A DNA stretch of 64,000 nucleotides from Elusimicrobiota bacterium (GTDB lineage: Bacteria > Elusimicrobiota > Elusimicrobia > UBA1565 > UBA9628): assembly GCA_035534315.1 (NCBI GenBank), contig DATLSD010000006.1:10839-74838 (forward strand), given 5' to 3'. This document shows, piece by piece, positions 42,033 to 51,568 of this stretch. Positions within the stretch are counted from its first letter, which is position 1, and each line of letters starts with the position of its first letter. The translations under genes and the position numbers were made by a program. Below the pieces are notes generated by a model, which searched no databases, was not told the DNA's origin, and saw nothing but the letters and a program-made list of their open reading frames with translations.

Positions 42033-43409
42033 TCAGTTAGGCGATTTGTCAAGAGGCGCGTCCGCCAGACTTTCGGCAGGCCCCCTCTCGCCAGACACGC
42101 GAAGCAGTCGCGCGGCCAAGTCCTGAGCTTGGCCGCGCAACTCCGGCACCGCCACGCTCTCCCAGAGCCGGCCCTTGAGCCAAGTGCCCAACGTGAAAAT
42201 CCTTTTGTCTACGCGCCCGTCGCCGCGAACGAGCGCCCCATCCTCATCCGCGTCAAAGCCCAGGCTGAGCGCATCCGGCCGCGCTAGGCCGCGCGCCAGG
42301 AGGTTGACGATGAGTGGATCTCGGCTTCTGGCGGGGTTCGATTCGGGCCCGGCACAGTTGACGATCCAGTTGGCCTCCAAGGTCTTAATGCCCGTGCCGC
42401 CGCGCAGGCGCAGGTTTGTCCGTATGTCCGCACCCGCGGGCGTCAAGGAGTCGATTCTTCCCGCGAAGGTCCGCAGCTGCCCGCTCTTCAAGAGCGCCGC
42501 AAGAGCCGCGTGCGCCTGCGGCGGCAACCGGTGCCGGTGCGAGTCCCAGTAGGGCCGGGCGTGCCTAAGAAAGCGGCGGCGCTCCGCGGGCGAAAGCGAA
42601 AACCAAAGTTCTTGAACCCGAGGCCTCAGCGCGTCCATGGCGCCGCGCCAATTGTCCTGCCGACGAATCCAGCGCAGAACGCCGCGCGCCGTGCGGCCCG
42701 CGGCTTCCGCGGGTGGAAACGAATCGACCGCGCGCCCCTCCCCGTGCGGCTGGGGCAGAAGCCCGCGGCGGGAGAAGGCGAACATCGGCCCGCGATGCCC
42801 GCGCCGCGAAAGCGCGATGGCCACGTCGACCATGGTCAGCCCCGTGCCGATGAGCATCACCGCGGCATCCGGCTCGATGCCGGAGAGCCGCCCGCCGTCC
42901 CACGGATCGGCGATGAAGCGCGCGCCCAAATCCGCCAGCGCGGGGTAGGGCGGGCTGGGCGCCGCGTTTCCCAGCGCGAGAACGATTTGCTTGGCCGGCA
43001 GCTCGCCGCCCGAGCGCAGCACGACTCGCAGGCCTTCGCCCTCGGGGCGGACGTCTACCGCCTCGTCCTTGAGCGCGCGGAACGTGACGCCCGGCGCGGC
43101 GCCGTCTTGGGCGTCTTTCAAAATGGAAAGGATGTAATCGCCGAAGCGGCCGCGCGAGATAAAATCCCCACCCTGGGCGTCGCCCAGCCAGCGCAGAAAA
43201 TGGTTGGGATCGTCCGGAAACGCGCTCATGCCTTGGGCCGGGACGTTGAGCAGGTGGGCGGGATCCTTGGTGCTGTAGGCAGCGCCGCGGCCGACGGCGG
43301 CTTTTTCAACCAACGTCACGTCCAGCGGAGCCGCGGCCCTTTTAAGCAGATGCGAAGCGACTAGGCAGCCCGAAAATCCGCCCCCGATAATGACAATTTT
43401 TTGAGCCAT
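42033..43409 (-). CDS. FAD-dependent oxidoreductase (FAD/NAD(P)-binding family)
   Basis: KIVIIGGGFSGC Rossmann motif in a 458-aa protein. Confidence 0.6.
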   Translation of the reverse strand: MAQKIVIIGGGFSGCLVASHLLKRAAAPLDVTLVEKAAVGRGAAYSTKDPAHLLNVPAQGMSAFPDDPNHFLRWLGDAQGGDFISRGRFGDYILSILKDAQDGAAPGVTFRALKDEAVDVRPEGEGLRVVLRSGGELPAKQIVLALGNAAPSPPYPALADLGARFIADPWDGGRLSGIEPDAAVMLIGTGLTMVDVAIALSRRGHRGPMFAFSRRGLLPQPHGEGRAVDSFPPAEAAGRTARGVLRWIRRQDNWRGAMDALRPRVQELWFSLSPAERRRFLRHARPYWDSHRHRLPPQAHAALAALLKSGQLRTFAGRIDSLTPAGADIRTNLRLRGGTGIKTLEANWIVNCAGPESNPARSRDPLIVNLLARGLARPDALSLGFDADEDGALVRGDGRVDKRIFTLGTWLKGRLWESVAVPELRGQAQDLAARLLRVSGERGPAESLADAPLDKSPN

Positions 43410-43463
43410 GCCCGGCTATCAACCCCCTGTCTAGGCCTACCTAGGCCTGCAAGTAGCCCCCGT

Positions 43464-44249
43464 CTACCGGGTCTGGCCCAGCATGAGGTCCACGGGCCCG
43501 CTCATCTGCTTCAAGATGAAGCCGGGCGCCAGACGGCTCATGAATTTAAGTTGGTTGGACTGGCCGGGGCGGATTTCCAGCTTGTCCGCGGCCAACCCGG
43601 CAATCGAGGCCGCGACCATGTCCTGGACCTTCATGACCGAGACGCCCTTCATGGCCTCGCGGTTCTTCATGGCGTCCGCGAGAAGATCGGTTTCCGTGGC
43701 CGGGGGCGCGACTTCAAAGACCTTCACCTGCGTGTTTTTGAGCTGCACGCGCAGGGAGAGCGTGAAGGAATGCAGGCCGGCCTTGGTCGCGCAGTAGACC
43801 GGCGAGGTGGGCAGCGGCGTGAAGGCCAGGCCCGAGGAGACGTTCACGATGGCGGCCGAGTCCTGCTTTTTGAGGTGCGGCAAAAACGTCTTGGCCATGC
43901 GCATGGGGCCCTTCAAGTTGATGTCGATTTCGCGGGTAAGCTCGTCGAGCGAGACCCCGTCCTCGTGCAGGTTGATGGTGCGCATGATGCCCGCGTTGTT
44001 GACGAGCACGTTTAAGGCCGGGAACTCGGAGAGCACGACGTCGCGCAGGGACGCGATGGCCGCGGCGTCGCTCACGTCGCTCTTGATGACGTGGAGCTCG
44101 GGCAGCTGGGATTTGGCTTTCTTGAGCTTCTCCTCGTCGCGCCCGGTGGCGATGACCGTGTTGCCCAGGGCGACGAGCTGCTTGGCGAACTCAAATCCGA
44201 TGCCACTTGATCCGCCGGTGACGAGGACGATGTTTCCGCTGGTTTTCAT
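43464..44249 (-). CDS. Short-chain dehydrogenase/reductase
   Basis: VLVTGGSSGIGFE, NNAG and YCATKAG motifs. Confidence 0.8.
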   Translation of the reverse strand: MKTSGNIVLVTGGSSGIGFEFAKQLVALGNTVIATGRDEEKLKKAKSQLPELHVIKSDVSDAAAIASLRDVVLSEFPALNVLVNNAGIMRTINLHEDGVSLDELTREIDINLKGPMRMAKTFLPHLKKQDSAAIVNVSSGLAFTPLPTSPVYCATKAGLHSFTLSLRVQLKNTQVKVFEVAPPATETDLLADAMKNREAMKGVSVMKVQDMVAASIAGLAADKLEIRPGQSNQLKFMSRLAPGFILKQMSGPVDLMLGQTR

Positions 44250-44304
44250 GGGGTCTCCGTGCGACGCTGGGTGACGGTTAAATCTCTTGCAGGATTATAG
44301 CTGT

Positions 44305-44943
44305 TTAGGATTTTAACTGGACGCCTTTGATTATTTCCCACAACTGCGGGCCGTCGATCATCCGAATCGGTTTGCCTCGCGCGAAAGCGTGCGCATCCCT
44401 GGTGAATTTTCCTGAAGTCACGACAATCCCCGCGTCGGCCTTCTCCGCCGCCATCACGCCGTAGAGTTCACGAACAACACTAGCCCCTACGGACCAAACT
44501 TTCCAGTGCTTGCATTGGACGAGCGTCTTCTTCCCCTCTTTGCGCAAAACCAAATCGACGCCGCCATCGGCTCCGCCGCTAATCGATTCTTCAGTCGCGT
44601 AGCCCTGCCTCTTGAACGCCTCGCCCACCAGCCACTCAAACTGCTGCCACGTTAAATTTTGGATGGACGCAGGGCCGCTCTGACTATCAACAACTTTTTT
44701 CCTAAACATTCCGAAAATTGCCGCCAACAAAGCCGCCAACAAAAAACCCCCAGCAGCGATAGGAGCAAGCATTCGCGACGAAGCCGCGAATGCTGCGAGA
44801 ATTCCTTGTCGGAAAATAAACGCGGGCAAAACCCATCGCAATCCGATATAAGCGATGGGCGCCAATACCACGGAAAACCACCATGGCATCAAGATCAACT
44901 GCTCGAGCTCGGAAGGATTACGGCGACTCACAACCTTCCTCAA
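44305..44943 (-). CDS. Membrane-anchored Mrr-cat (restriction endonuclease-like) domain protein
   Basis: Two N-terminal TM helices precede the GGVDLVLRK...QCKHW Mrr catalytic motif. Local GC is visibly lower than the surroundings. Confidence 0.5.
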   Translation of the reverse strand: MRKVVSRRNPSELEQLILMPWWFSVVLAPIAYIGLRWVLPAFIFRQGILAAFAASSRMLAPIAAGGFLLAALLAAIFGMFRKKVVDSQSGPASIQNLTWQQFEWLVGEAFKRQGYATEESISGGADGGVDLVLRKEGKKTLVQCKHWKVWSVGASVVRELYGVMAAEKADAGIVVTSGKFTRDAHAFARGKPIRMIDGPQLWEIIKGVQLKS

Positions 44944-46388
44944 TACGTCGGCACGGTGGGGTCGATGCGCTCGGACCAGGCGGTGATGCCGCCGGCCACG
45001 TTGACCGCCTTGGTAAATCCCGCGTCGTGCAGGAACTTGACCGCCTTGGCGGAGCGCCCCCCCATCTTGCAGTGCACCAGGATTTCATCCGCGGAGTTAA
45101 GCTCGCTCACGCGCTCGGGCAGTTGGCCCAACGGAATGAGCTTTGAGCCGGGCAGGCGGCAGATGTCGTACTCCTCCTGCTCGCGCACGTCCAGGATAAA
45201 AATCTCCTCGCCGCGGTCCATCTTGGCCTTTAACTCCTCCACGCTGACCTCGGGGACGCCGGCCGCGGCCGCCTTTTTCTCCTCGCCGCGAATACCGCAA
45301 AACTCCTCGTAGTCGATGAGCGTCTTGATGCTGGGCTTGGTCCCGCAGACCGGGCAACCGGGGTCCTTGCGGAGAGCCAACTTTCTCCAGTTCATCTTCA
45401 AGGCATCAAAGAGCACGAGCTTGCCGATCAAGGGCTCGCCGATGCCCACGATGAGCTTGATGGTCTCGGTCGCCTGCAGCGCGCCCACCACGCCCGGCAA
45501 AACGCCCAGCACGCCGCCCTCGGCGCAGGACGGCACCAGGCCCGGCGGCGGCGGCTCCGCGTAGACGCAGCGGTAGCACGGCCCGCGCTCGGCCCAGAAC
45601 ACCGAGACCTGGCCCTCGAAGCGGAAGATGCTGCCGTAGACGTTGGGCTTGCCCAAGAGCGCGCAGGCGTCGTTGACCAGGTAGCGCGTGGCGAAGTTGT
45701 CCGTGCCGTCGACCACGATGTCGTAGCCCTTGATGATGTCCAAGGCGTTTTGCGAGGTGAGCCTGGTCTCGTGGGTTTGGATTTTGATAGCCGGGTTGAC
45801 GCCCAAGAGCCGCGCGCGCGCCGATTCGATTTTGGGCTTGCCCACCGCGTCGGTGGAATGGATGATTTGGCGCTGCAAGTTGGAAAGCTCGACCACGTCG
45901 AAGTCCACGATGCCGATCGTGCCCACGCCGGCCGCGGCCAAATACAGGCTCAGCGGCGAGCCAAGCCCGCCCGCGCCGATGGTCAGCACCTTGGCTTCTT
46001 TAAGTTTTTTCTGCCCCGCCATGCCCACCTCGGGCATGATGAGGTGCCGGCTGTAGCGCTTGATTTCCTCGGCGCTAAACGTGGTCTCCTCTTGGGCCGC
46101 AGCCCGGGCCGCGTTGCCGCCCGCAATTGAGGGCACGATGAGCAGCACGTCGCCGTCCTTGACCGGGGTCTTGGCGCCCTGCAAATGCCGGATGTCCGCG
46201 TCGTTGAGGAACACGTTGACGAAATGGCGCAGCTGGCCGTCGTCGCCGACCAAATGTTTTTTGAGCGCGGCGTATTTGCCCGTCAAAGCGTCCAACACCG
46301 CCCCCACGGTCGCGCCTTCGAGCTCGACCACTTCTTTTTTCTCGACGTACTGCCGCAGCGCCGTCGGCACGTGAACTTGAACTTTCAT
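44940..46388 (-). CDS. moeZ: CysO(MoaD/ThiS-like, ends GG)-MoeZ fusion: sulfur-carrier protein joined in-frame to E1-like adenylyltransferase with C-terminal rhodanese
   Basis: MKVQ...SIAGG (91 aa) continues without a stop into EEIKRYSRHLIMPEVG...GAGGLGSP...CxxC...HCKMGGRSAKA. The MoeZ part is near-identical in pattern to mycobacterial MoeZ. Start ATG overlaps the mec stop (TGATG). Confidence 0.85.
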   Translation of the reverse strand: MKVQVHVPTALRQYVEKKEVVELEGATVGAVLDALTGKYAALKKHLVGDDGQLRHFVNVFLNDADIRHLQGAKTPVKDGDVLLIVPSIAGGNAARAAAQEETTFSAEEIKRYSRHLIMPEVGMAGQKKLKEAKVLTIGAGGLGSPLSLYLAAAGVGTIGIVDFDVVELSNLQRQIIHSTDAVGKPKIESARARLLGVNPAIKIQTHETRLTSQNALDIIKGYDIVVDGTDNFATRYLVNDACALLGKPNVYGSIFRFEGQVSVFWAERGPCYRCVYAEPPPPGLVPSCAEGGVLGVLPGVVGALQATETIKLIVGIGEPLIGKLVLFDALKMNWRKLALRKDPGCPVCGTKPSIKTLIDYEEFCGIRGEEKKAAAAGVPEVSVEELKAKMDRGEEIFILDVREQEEYDICRLPGSKLIPLGQLPERVSELNSADEILVHCKMGGRSAKAVKFLHDAGFTKAVNVAGGITAWSERIDPTVPTY

Positions 46389-46804
46389 CAAAGAACCTCC
46401 GTTTTTCCCTCGATAAAGCTGCGCCCGTCCTCGGACCGCCGCCACACCCGCGCGTCCCCGGCGCCCGCCTCCGTGGTCGCGACGATCAAATAAGCGTAGG
46501 CGGGCCAGGCGCGCTGCAGGTCAAAGGGCGAGGGCCACGCCGGGGCGTTGGGGTGCGAGTGGTAAATGCCCACGATGCCCTGGGGCTTTCCCGAAAATTC
46601 CTTCTCGACGGCCGCCCAGGCCTGCGGATCCATCTCGTAGCGGTCGTTCTTTCTTTGCGGGTTGGCCATGTTTTTGAGCGGCCTAAAATCCGAGGCGCGC
46701 ACGTCCGAGTCCGGCTCGCCGAAGTCGGCCGGAATGTCGCCGATTAAAAGCCCGCAGCCTTCCTCGGGATAGGCCCGGCGCACGTGATCCTGGATGCCCT
46801 GCAT
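46388..46804 (-). CDS. mec: JAMM/MPN+ metalloprotease Mec+ (CysO-cysteine peptidase)
   Basis: 138 aa with EEGCGLL and the HSHP JAMM motif. The true gene lies within a larger spurious track ORF (46388..47644). Confidence 0.8.
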   Translation of the reverse strand: MQGIQDHVRRAYPEEGCGLLIGDIPADFGEPDSDVRASDFRPLKNMANPQRKNDRYEMDPQAWAAVEKEFSGKPQGIVGIYHSHPNAPAWPSPFDLQRAWPAYAYLIVATTEAGAGDARVWRRSEDGRSFIEGKTEVL

Positions 46805-46827
46805 GACTTCGCGCGCGATCAGGAGCG

Positions 46828-47766
46828 TCACCGCGCCGCCTCCCAGAAGCGCTCGCTCAAGTAGCGCTCGCCGCCGTCCGGCAGAACCGTGACCAAGAGC
46901 GCGTCCTGCCCCGCCTGGGAAAGCTTTTGTCCGACCTTGAAGCACGCGGCCAAATTCGCCCCGCCTGAAATGCCGATGAGCACGCCCTCGTCCTTGGCCG
47001 CGCGCAAGACCCAGTCGTAGGCCTCTTCCGTCGCGATTTCCAAATTTTGGTCCGCCTGGCGCGGGTCGTAGATGCCGGGGACGATGGCGCTCTCCATGTG
47101 CTTCAAGCCTTCCAAGCCGTGCAGCGGCGAATCGGGCTGGACGGAAATAAGCGTCACGCCGGGGTTGAGCTCCTTGAGCCTGGCTCCCGCGCCGCGAAAC
47201 GTGCCGCTGGTGCCCAGGCCCGCGACAAAATGCGTGACCCGGCCTTGGGTCTGCTCCCAGATTTCCGGGCCGGTGGTCTCGTAGTGCGCCTTCCAATTCT
47301 CCGGATTGTTGTACTGGTCGGGGTAAAAATAAAGTTTTGGGTTTTCCGCGTTGAGCGCGCGCGCCTTGCGAATCGCGCCGTCGGGGCCTTCCAGGGGATC
47401 GGTGAGGATCAACTCCGCGCCGTAGGCCAGAAGAATTTTCTTTCGCTCCGCGTTGATGTTGGCGGGCACGGCCAGGCGCACCTGGTAGCCCAGCTTCGCG
47501 CCCATCCAGGCGTAGGCGATGCCCGTGTTGCCCGAGGTGGCGTCCATGATGATTTTGCCGGGCGCCAAGCGCCCGTCGCGCTGGGCCTCCCGCAGCATGC
47601 GCAGGGCCGGACGGTCCTTCACCGAGCCGCCGGGGTTGCGCCATTCCGCCTTGGCGGCGATTTGCACGCGGCCACCCAAAGAACGCGCGAGCTTGGGGAA
47701 ATAAATGAGCGGGGTGTTCCCCACCCCCAAGTCTTGCTCTTCCGTCGGATGCGTCGGCGCGCGCAT
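46828..47766 (-). CDS. cysM: Cysteine synthase B-type (CysM, CysO-thiocarboxylate/O-phosphoserine dependent)
   Basis: PLP-fold with SVKDR and TSGNTG motifs; linked to mec and cysO-moeZ. Confidence 0.85.
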   Translation of the reverse strand: MRAPTHPTEEQDLGVGNTPLIYFPKLARSLGGRVQIAAKAEWRNPGGSVKDRPALRMLREAQRDGRLAPGKIIMDATSGNTGIAYAWMGAKLGYQVRLAVPANINAERKKILLAYGAELILTDPLEGPDGAIRKARALNAENPKLYFYPDQYNNPENWKAHYETTGPEIWEQTQGRVTHFVAGLGTSGTFRGAGARLKELNPGVTLISVQPDSPLHGLEGLKHMESAIVPGIYDPRQADQNLEIATEEAYDWVLRAAKDEGVLIGISGGANLAACFKVGQKLSQAGQDALLVTVLPDGGERYLSERFWEAAR

Positions 47767-47796
47767 CCTGTTATTATACGTGTTATGACGGGAACG

Positions 47797-49092
47797 TTAG
47801 AAGGCTAATTGCGCGCGCGTGCCCAGGACGCGCTCGATGGGGCGATTGCCCGCGCCGCCGCCGCCCTCGAACCAGGTCTGCTCGTAATCCGCGGCTAGCC
47901 GCACGAAATCGTTGAGATACCAGTTGAGCGCGAGCGTATAGGCGGTCGCGCGCGACGCCGAAACGGTCGGATCGGCGAAAACCGGGAAAGTCCTGGGATC
48001 AATCCAGAGCTGATGAAACCGCGCCGCCAGCTCCCACGCGCCCCACGTTCCCGCCTCGGGATCGAACGGCCTATTCGGGGAGACCCCTTTGTAGGAGGCA
48101 GTCCCGCCCGCCACCACCCAGAACGCCGCGGCCTGCCAGGCGCGATTGGTCAGGCGGGCCCGCGCGCCGCCGGCCAGAGCCGTCTGGCTGGTTTGCGCGT
48201 ACTCCGCGTACGCCCCCAGCGGCCCCAAGTAATAGGAAGCTTGCGGGATTAAATGGCTTTGCTCGCCGTCGAAGGCCACGTTGCTCCGGTAGCTCATGAA
48301 TTGATCTTGGCCTGTCGCGGTCCTAAAAACGGGGATGCCGGGGTTCGAGCCGGCATAGCTGCCCGCGACGCCGACGCCCAGGTTCTCCAGCGCGCGGCGG
48401 CCGAAATTCTTGAACGGCTGGACGAAGACCCGCGCGGCCAATTCCTTAGCGTTGGTGGCGGGGCCGTCGGGCGCGTGGGCGGCGTCGGCCGTGCCGTTGG
48501 TGAGGGAGGTTTGGTACTTAATCGCGCCGCCAAAGACGCCGCCGCGAAATTCTACTCCGGTGTCGCGCGACGGCATCAGGTCCGCCGTCAGGCCCCGTTC
48601 CATGAAGGTCAGGTCGCGGGCGGCGCGCAGCCGCTCCAGGCCCAAAGGCGGCTTGAACTTCCCGATTCTCAAGTTCGCGAAAGACCACGGCCGGACGTCA
48701 AAGTACGCGTCGTCAATCACCGCGGTATTTTCGCCGAAGTCCGGCTGAAACTTGAAATCATAAAACCCGAACATCGTGCCCTTGAGTTCGGGGCGCGCGC
48801 GCCTGAGCCAAAATCCGCTCGCCGCGGGATTAGCTCCGCTTCCCAGATAGAACCGGCCGTCGGTTTGGATGAGGCCCTTGAACTGGAGCTTTAAATCCCC
48901 GCCGGTGGGCTTGCGCGGCGCGGCTCCCAAATCGCGCTGCAGGGATTCCACCTGCGACTCAAGCCTATCCACCCGCTGCGCCAAAGTGTCCGTGGAGGCA
49001 AAAACCGCCGAGGGCGGCGCCTCTTGCGCGCGAAGCGGCCGGCCTATCGCGCAAAGCGCCAGCGCCGCCGCGATTGAAGCATGCTTGTTCAT
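47797..49092 (-). CDS. Outer-membrane porin, phosphate-selective porin O/P-like
   Basis: Signal peptide, N-terminal coiled-coil (LESQVESLQRDL), beta-barrel composition and a C-terminal Phe. Confidence 0.5.
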   Translation of the reverse strand: MNKHASIAAALALCAIGRPLRAQEAPPSAVFASTDTLAQRVDRLESQVESLQRDLGAAPRKPTGGDLKLQFKGLIQTDGRFYLGSGANPAASGFWLRRARPELKGTMFGFYDFKFQPDFGENTAVIDDAYFDVRPWSFANLRIGKFKPPLGLERLRAARDLTFMERGLTADLMPSRDTGVEFRGGVFGGAIKYQTSLTNGTADAAHAPDGPATNAKELAARVFVQPFKNFGRRALENLGVGVAGSYAGSNPGIPVFRTATGQDQFMSYRSNVAFDGEQSHLIPQASYYLGPLGAYAEYAQTSQTALAGGARARLTNRAWQAAAFWVVAGGTASYKGVSPNRPFDPEAGTWGAWELAARFHQLWIDPRTFPVFADPTVSASRATAYTLALNWYLNDFVRLAADYEQTWFEGGGGAGNRPIERVLGTRAQLAF

Positions 49093-49185
49093 CTTGGTCT
49101 GATATTCTTAGCAGGATTTTACGCAAACGGCAAGCGCCGGCGCCTCATGATTCACAAAAGCGGGGCAATCCGCTACAATGCGTCC

Positions 49186-50526
49186 ATGGCCAGCGCTCCC
49201 CGCCTGCCTCCGGCCCGCCTGCTCTTCGTCTCGATTACCGCGGTTGTCATCGGCGGCTTGATGGCTTTCGGAGCCAAGTTTATTCTCTGGCTCATCGCGG
49301 TCATCACCAACATTTCCTTCTACGGACGCTTCTCCAGCGTCCCCGTCACGGCCGCGCAAAATCATCTGGGGGCGTGGGTCATCCTGATTCCGGCCGTCGG
49401 AGCCGTCATCGTGGGCTTGATGGCCAGGTACGGCAACCGCGGCATCCAGGGCCACGGCATTCCGGAGGCCATGGAGCAGGTGCTCTTCAACGAGAGCAAG
49501 ATTGCCCCCGAGATTCTGGCCTTAAAGCCGCTCTCGACCGCGGTCGTCATCGGCACCGGCGGGCCCTTCGGCGCGGAAGGCGTGGTCATCGCGACCGGCG
49601 GCGCGTTGGGTTCCCTCTTCGGCCAATGGCTGGCGATTTCCCCGGTGGAAAGAAAGATTCTCCTGGCCGCGGGCGCGGCGGCCGGGCTCTCGGCGACGTT
49701 TTGCTCGCCCATCGCGGCGGTGCTCCTGGCCGTGGAGCTTCTCTTGTTCGAGTTTCACCCGCGCTCATTGATTCCCGTGTCTCTGGCCAGCGCCGCCGCC
49801 GCGGCCCTGCGCGAAAAAATCATCGGCCCGGGGCCTTTGTTCGCGATTTCTCCGGTCGCGGCCGCGACCGGCCCGGTTTTCCTCTCCTACGCCGCGCTCG
49901 GCCTGGCCATGGGCCTTCTGGCCGTCGTGGTGGTGCGCGCCGTCGCCCATGCCGAGGAGCTCTTCGAGAAGCTCCCCATCCACTGGATGTGGAAGCCGGC
50001 CCTCGGCGCTTTGGCCATCGGGCTCCTGGGCTATTGCGATCCGCGCGTCTTCGGCCCGGGCTACGACGTCATCGGCGGCATCTTGAGCGCGGCCTTGAGC
50101 CCCGCGGGCGCGGTCAAAATCGGGGGTTTGAAGCTCGCGGCCTGGATCGTGGGCGTGGCCAGCGCGACTTCCTCGGGAACCCTGGCGCCGCTTTTATTGA
50201 TCGGCGCGGGCGCCGGCGCGGGATTTTCGCGCGTCTTCGCCGCGGTCTTCCACAGCGCGGCGCTCGATCCGCGCTTGGCGGCGCTGGTGGGCTTGGCCGC
50301 CTTTTTCGGCGGCATGTCCGGCGCGTTCTTGGCCGCGATGATGCTCGTCATCGAGACGACCTGGCAGGTCCACGTTTTTGTCCCGCTCTTGACCGGCTGC
50401 GCGGCGTCCTACCTGGTCTGCCGGCTCTTGTCCAACGAGAACATCATGACGCAGAAATTCGCCAAGCAGGGAAGAGCGGTTCCGGCCGGCTACGCGGCCG
50501 ACGAGCCGGAAGCCCCCCGGCCGTGA
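49186..50526 (+). CDS. ClC-family chloride channel / H+-Cl- antiporter
   Basis: GHGIPE and GTGGPFGAEG motifs. Start moved to the internal Met to avoid overlap with the porin. Confidence 0.7.
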   Translation: MASAPRLPPARLLFVSITAVVIGGLMAFGAKFILWLIAVITNISFYGRFSSVPVTAAQNHLGAWVILIPAVGAVIVGLMARYGNRGIQGHGIPEAMEQVLFNESKIAPEILALKPLSTAVVIGTGGPFGAEGVVIATGGALGSLFGQWLAISPVERKILLAAGAAAGLSATFCSPIAAVLLAVELLLFEFHPRSLIPVSLASAAAAALREKIIGPGPLFAISPVAAATGPVFLSYAALGLAMGLLAVVVVRAVAHAEELFEKLPIHWMWKPALGALAIGLLGYCDPRVFGPGYDVIGGILSAALSPAGAVKIGGLKLAAWIVGVASATSSGTLAPLLLIGAGAGAGFSRVFAAVFHSAALDPRLAALVGLAAFFGGMSGAFLAAMMLVIETTWQVHVFVPLLTGCAASYLVCRLLSNENIMTQKFAKQGRAVPAGYAADEPEAPRP

Positions 50527-50550
50527 CCGGCCCGCTTTAGAATTCCGTCC

Positions 50551-51423
50551 TTAATAAGAGGCGAGAGCGGGCGAAACAGGGTAGTAAATTTTCAAGTTGC
50601 CGGCGGCGTCGCGGCTTAAGCCCACCGTGGTTTGGTCCGGGCTGTCGCTGCTGTTTCGCCGCTCCTTGGACGGCGTGGAAATGAGCATGCCGGCCCCCGT
50701 TCGCGGGATATCCTGCTCGATCACGTGGAATCCGCCGACTTTGTTACCGTTGAACGTCATGAAGACCAGCAAGTTGTCGCCGCTGTAGCGCTCGAAACTG
50801 TCGTTGCTTTCAATGAAGTTCCGGCTGTAGACCAGCCGGTAGGCCTTGCCCCCGATGTTCAGAGGAACGCCGGTTTGGTAGGCGTCGCGGACCAGGTCGG
50901 CGATGAGAAAGGTCGCCGCTTGCCCACGCCCGTCCGCGGGCTTGACCACCAGCCGGCTCCGCATCATGTCCGACACGCACAAATTGATGTAGACGCGGTA
51001 GGAGATATGGTTGAACTCCATGGTCAGCGCGCCGTTGAACAGGCTTAAGCCCAGAACCTTGATTGACGGAAGCTTGCTTCCCTTCACGAAGATCGGCTGC
51101 GCGGCGTTCTCCGGCCAGAACTCGATGAACCAGGACTTCTTGTTTTCGCTCTTAGTCCCGAACACGTGCACGGGAACGCTCCCGGCCATGAACATCGCCG
51201 AAGTCCGGCGATCGGCGTCCAAAATCGCAGGCAGGGCCACGGTATACATCGGCCGCGTGAGCGCGGGATTCATCATGCCGTTGACGGGAATATGAAGCGG
51301 CGCGAAATGCAGGGACCCGGCGCCGACGCCGGCCTCAAGTTCCAGGCTGCGCAGCGCCGACGGGCTTTGCGCCCGCGCGGGCAGGGCCAGGGCCGCGCCC
51401 AACAAGACGGCGGTGAGAATCAT
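50551..51423 (-). CDS. Hypothetical secreted protein
   Basis: Signal peptide MILTAVLLGAALALPARAQ and no recognisable domain. Confidence 0.4.
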   Translation of the reverse strand: MILTAVLLGAALALPARAQSPSALRSLELEAGVGAGSLHFAPLHIPVNGMMNPALTRPMYTVALPAILDADRRTSAMFMAGSVPVHVFGTKSENKKSWFIEFWPENAAQPIFVKGSKLPSIKVLGLSLFNGALTMEFNHISYRVYINLCVSDMMRSRLVVKPADGRGQAATFLIADLVRDAYQTGVPLNIGGKAYRLVYSRNFIESNDSFERYSGDNLLVFMTFNGNKVGGFHVIEQDIPRTGAGMLISTPSKERRNSSDSPDQTTVGLSRDAAGNLKIYYPVSPALASY

Positions 51424-51568
51424 CGCGCATAGAATACGGCCGGCAAAAGCGCGGCGCACGGGCCTTAAGGCCAAATAAAATGCAGCCAAAGGGCCTACTA
51501 TTTCCCCCGCGCTTTCGTATGATATATAGAGAATCAGCCGGGGACCCGGCTTATATAAGGAGGCACCT

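Noticed and set aside
46388-47644. 418-aa track ORF in the mec region
   Set aside because: Only the last 138 codons carry JAMM motifs. The upstream part is an alternate frame of cysM.
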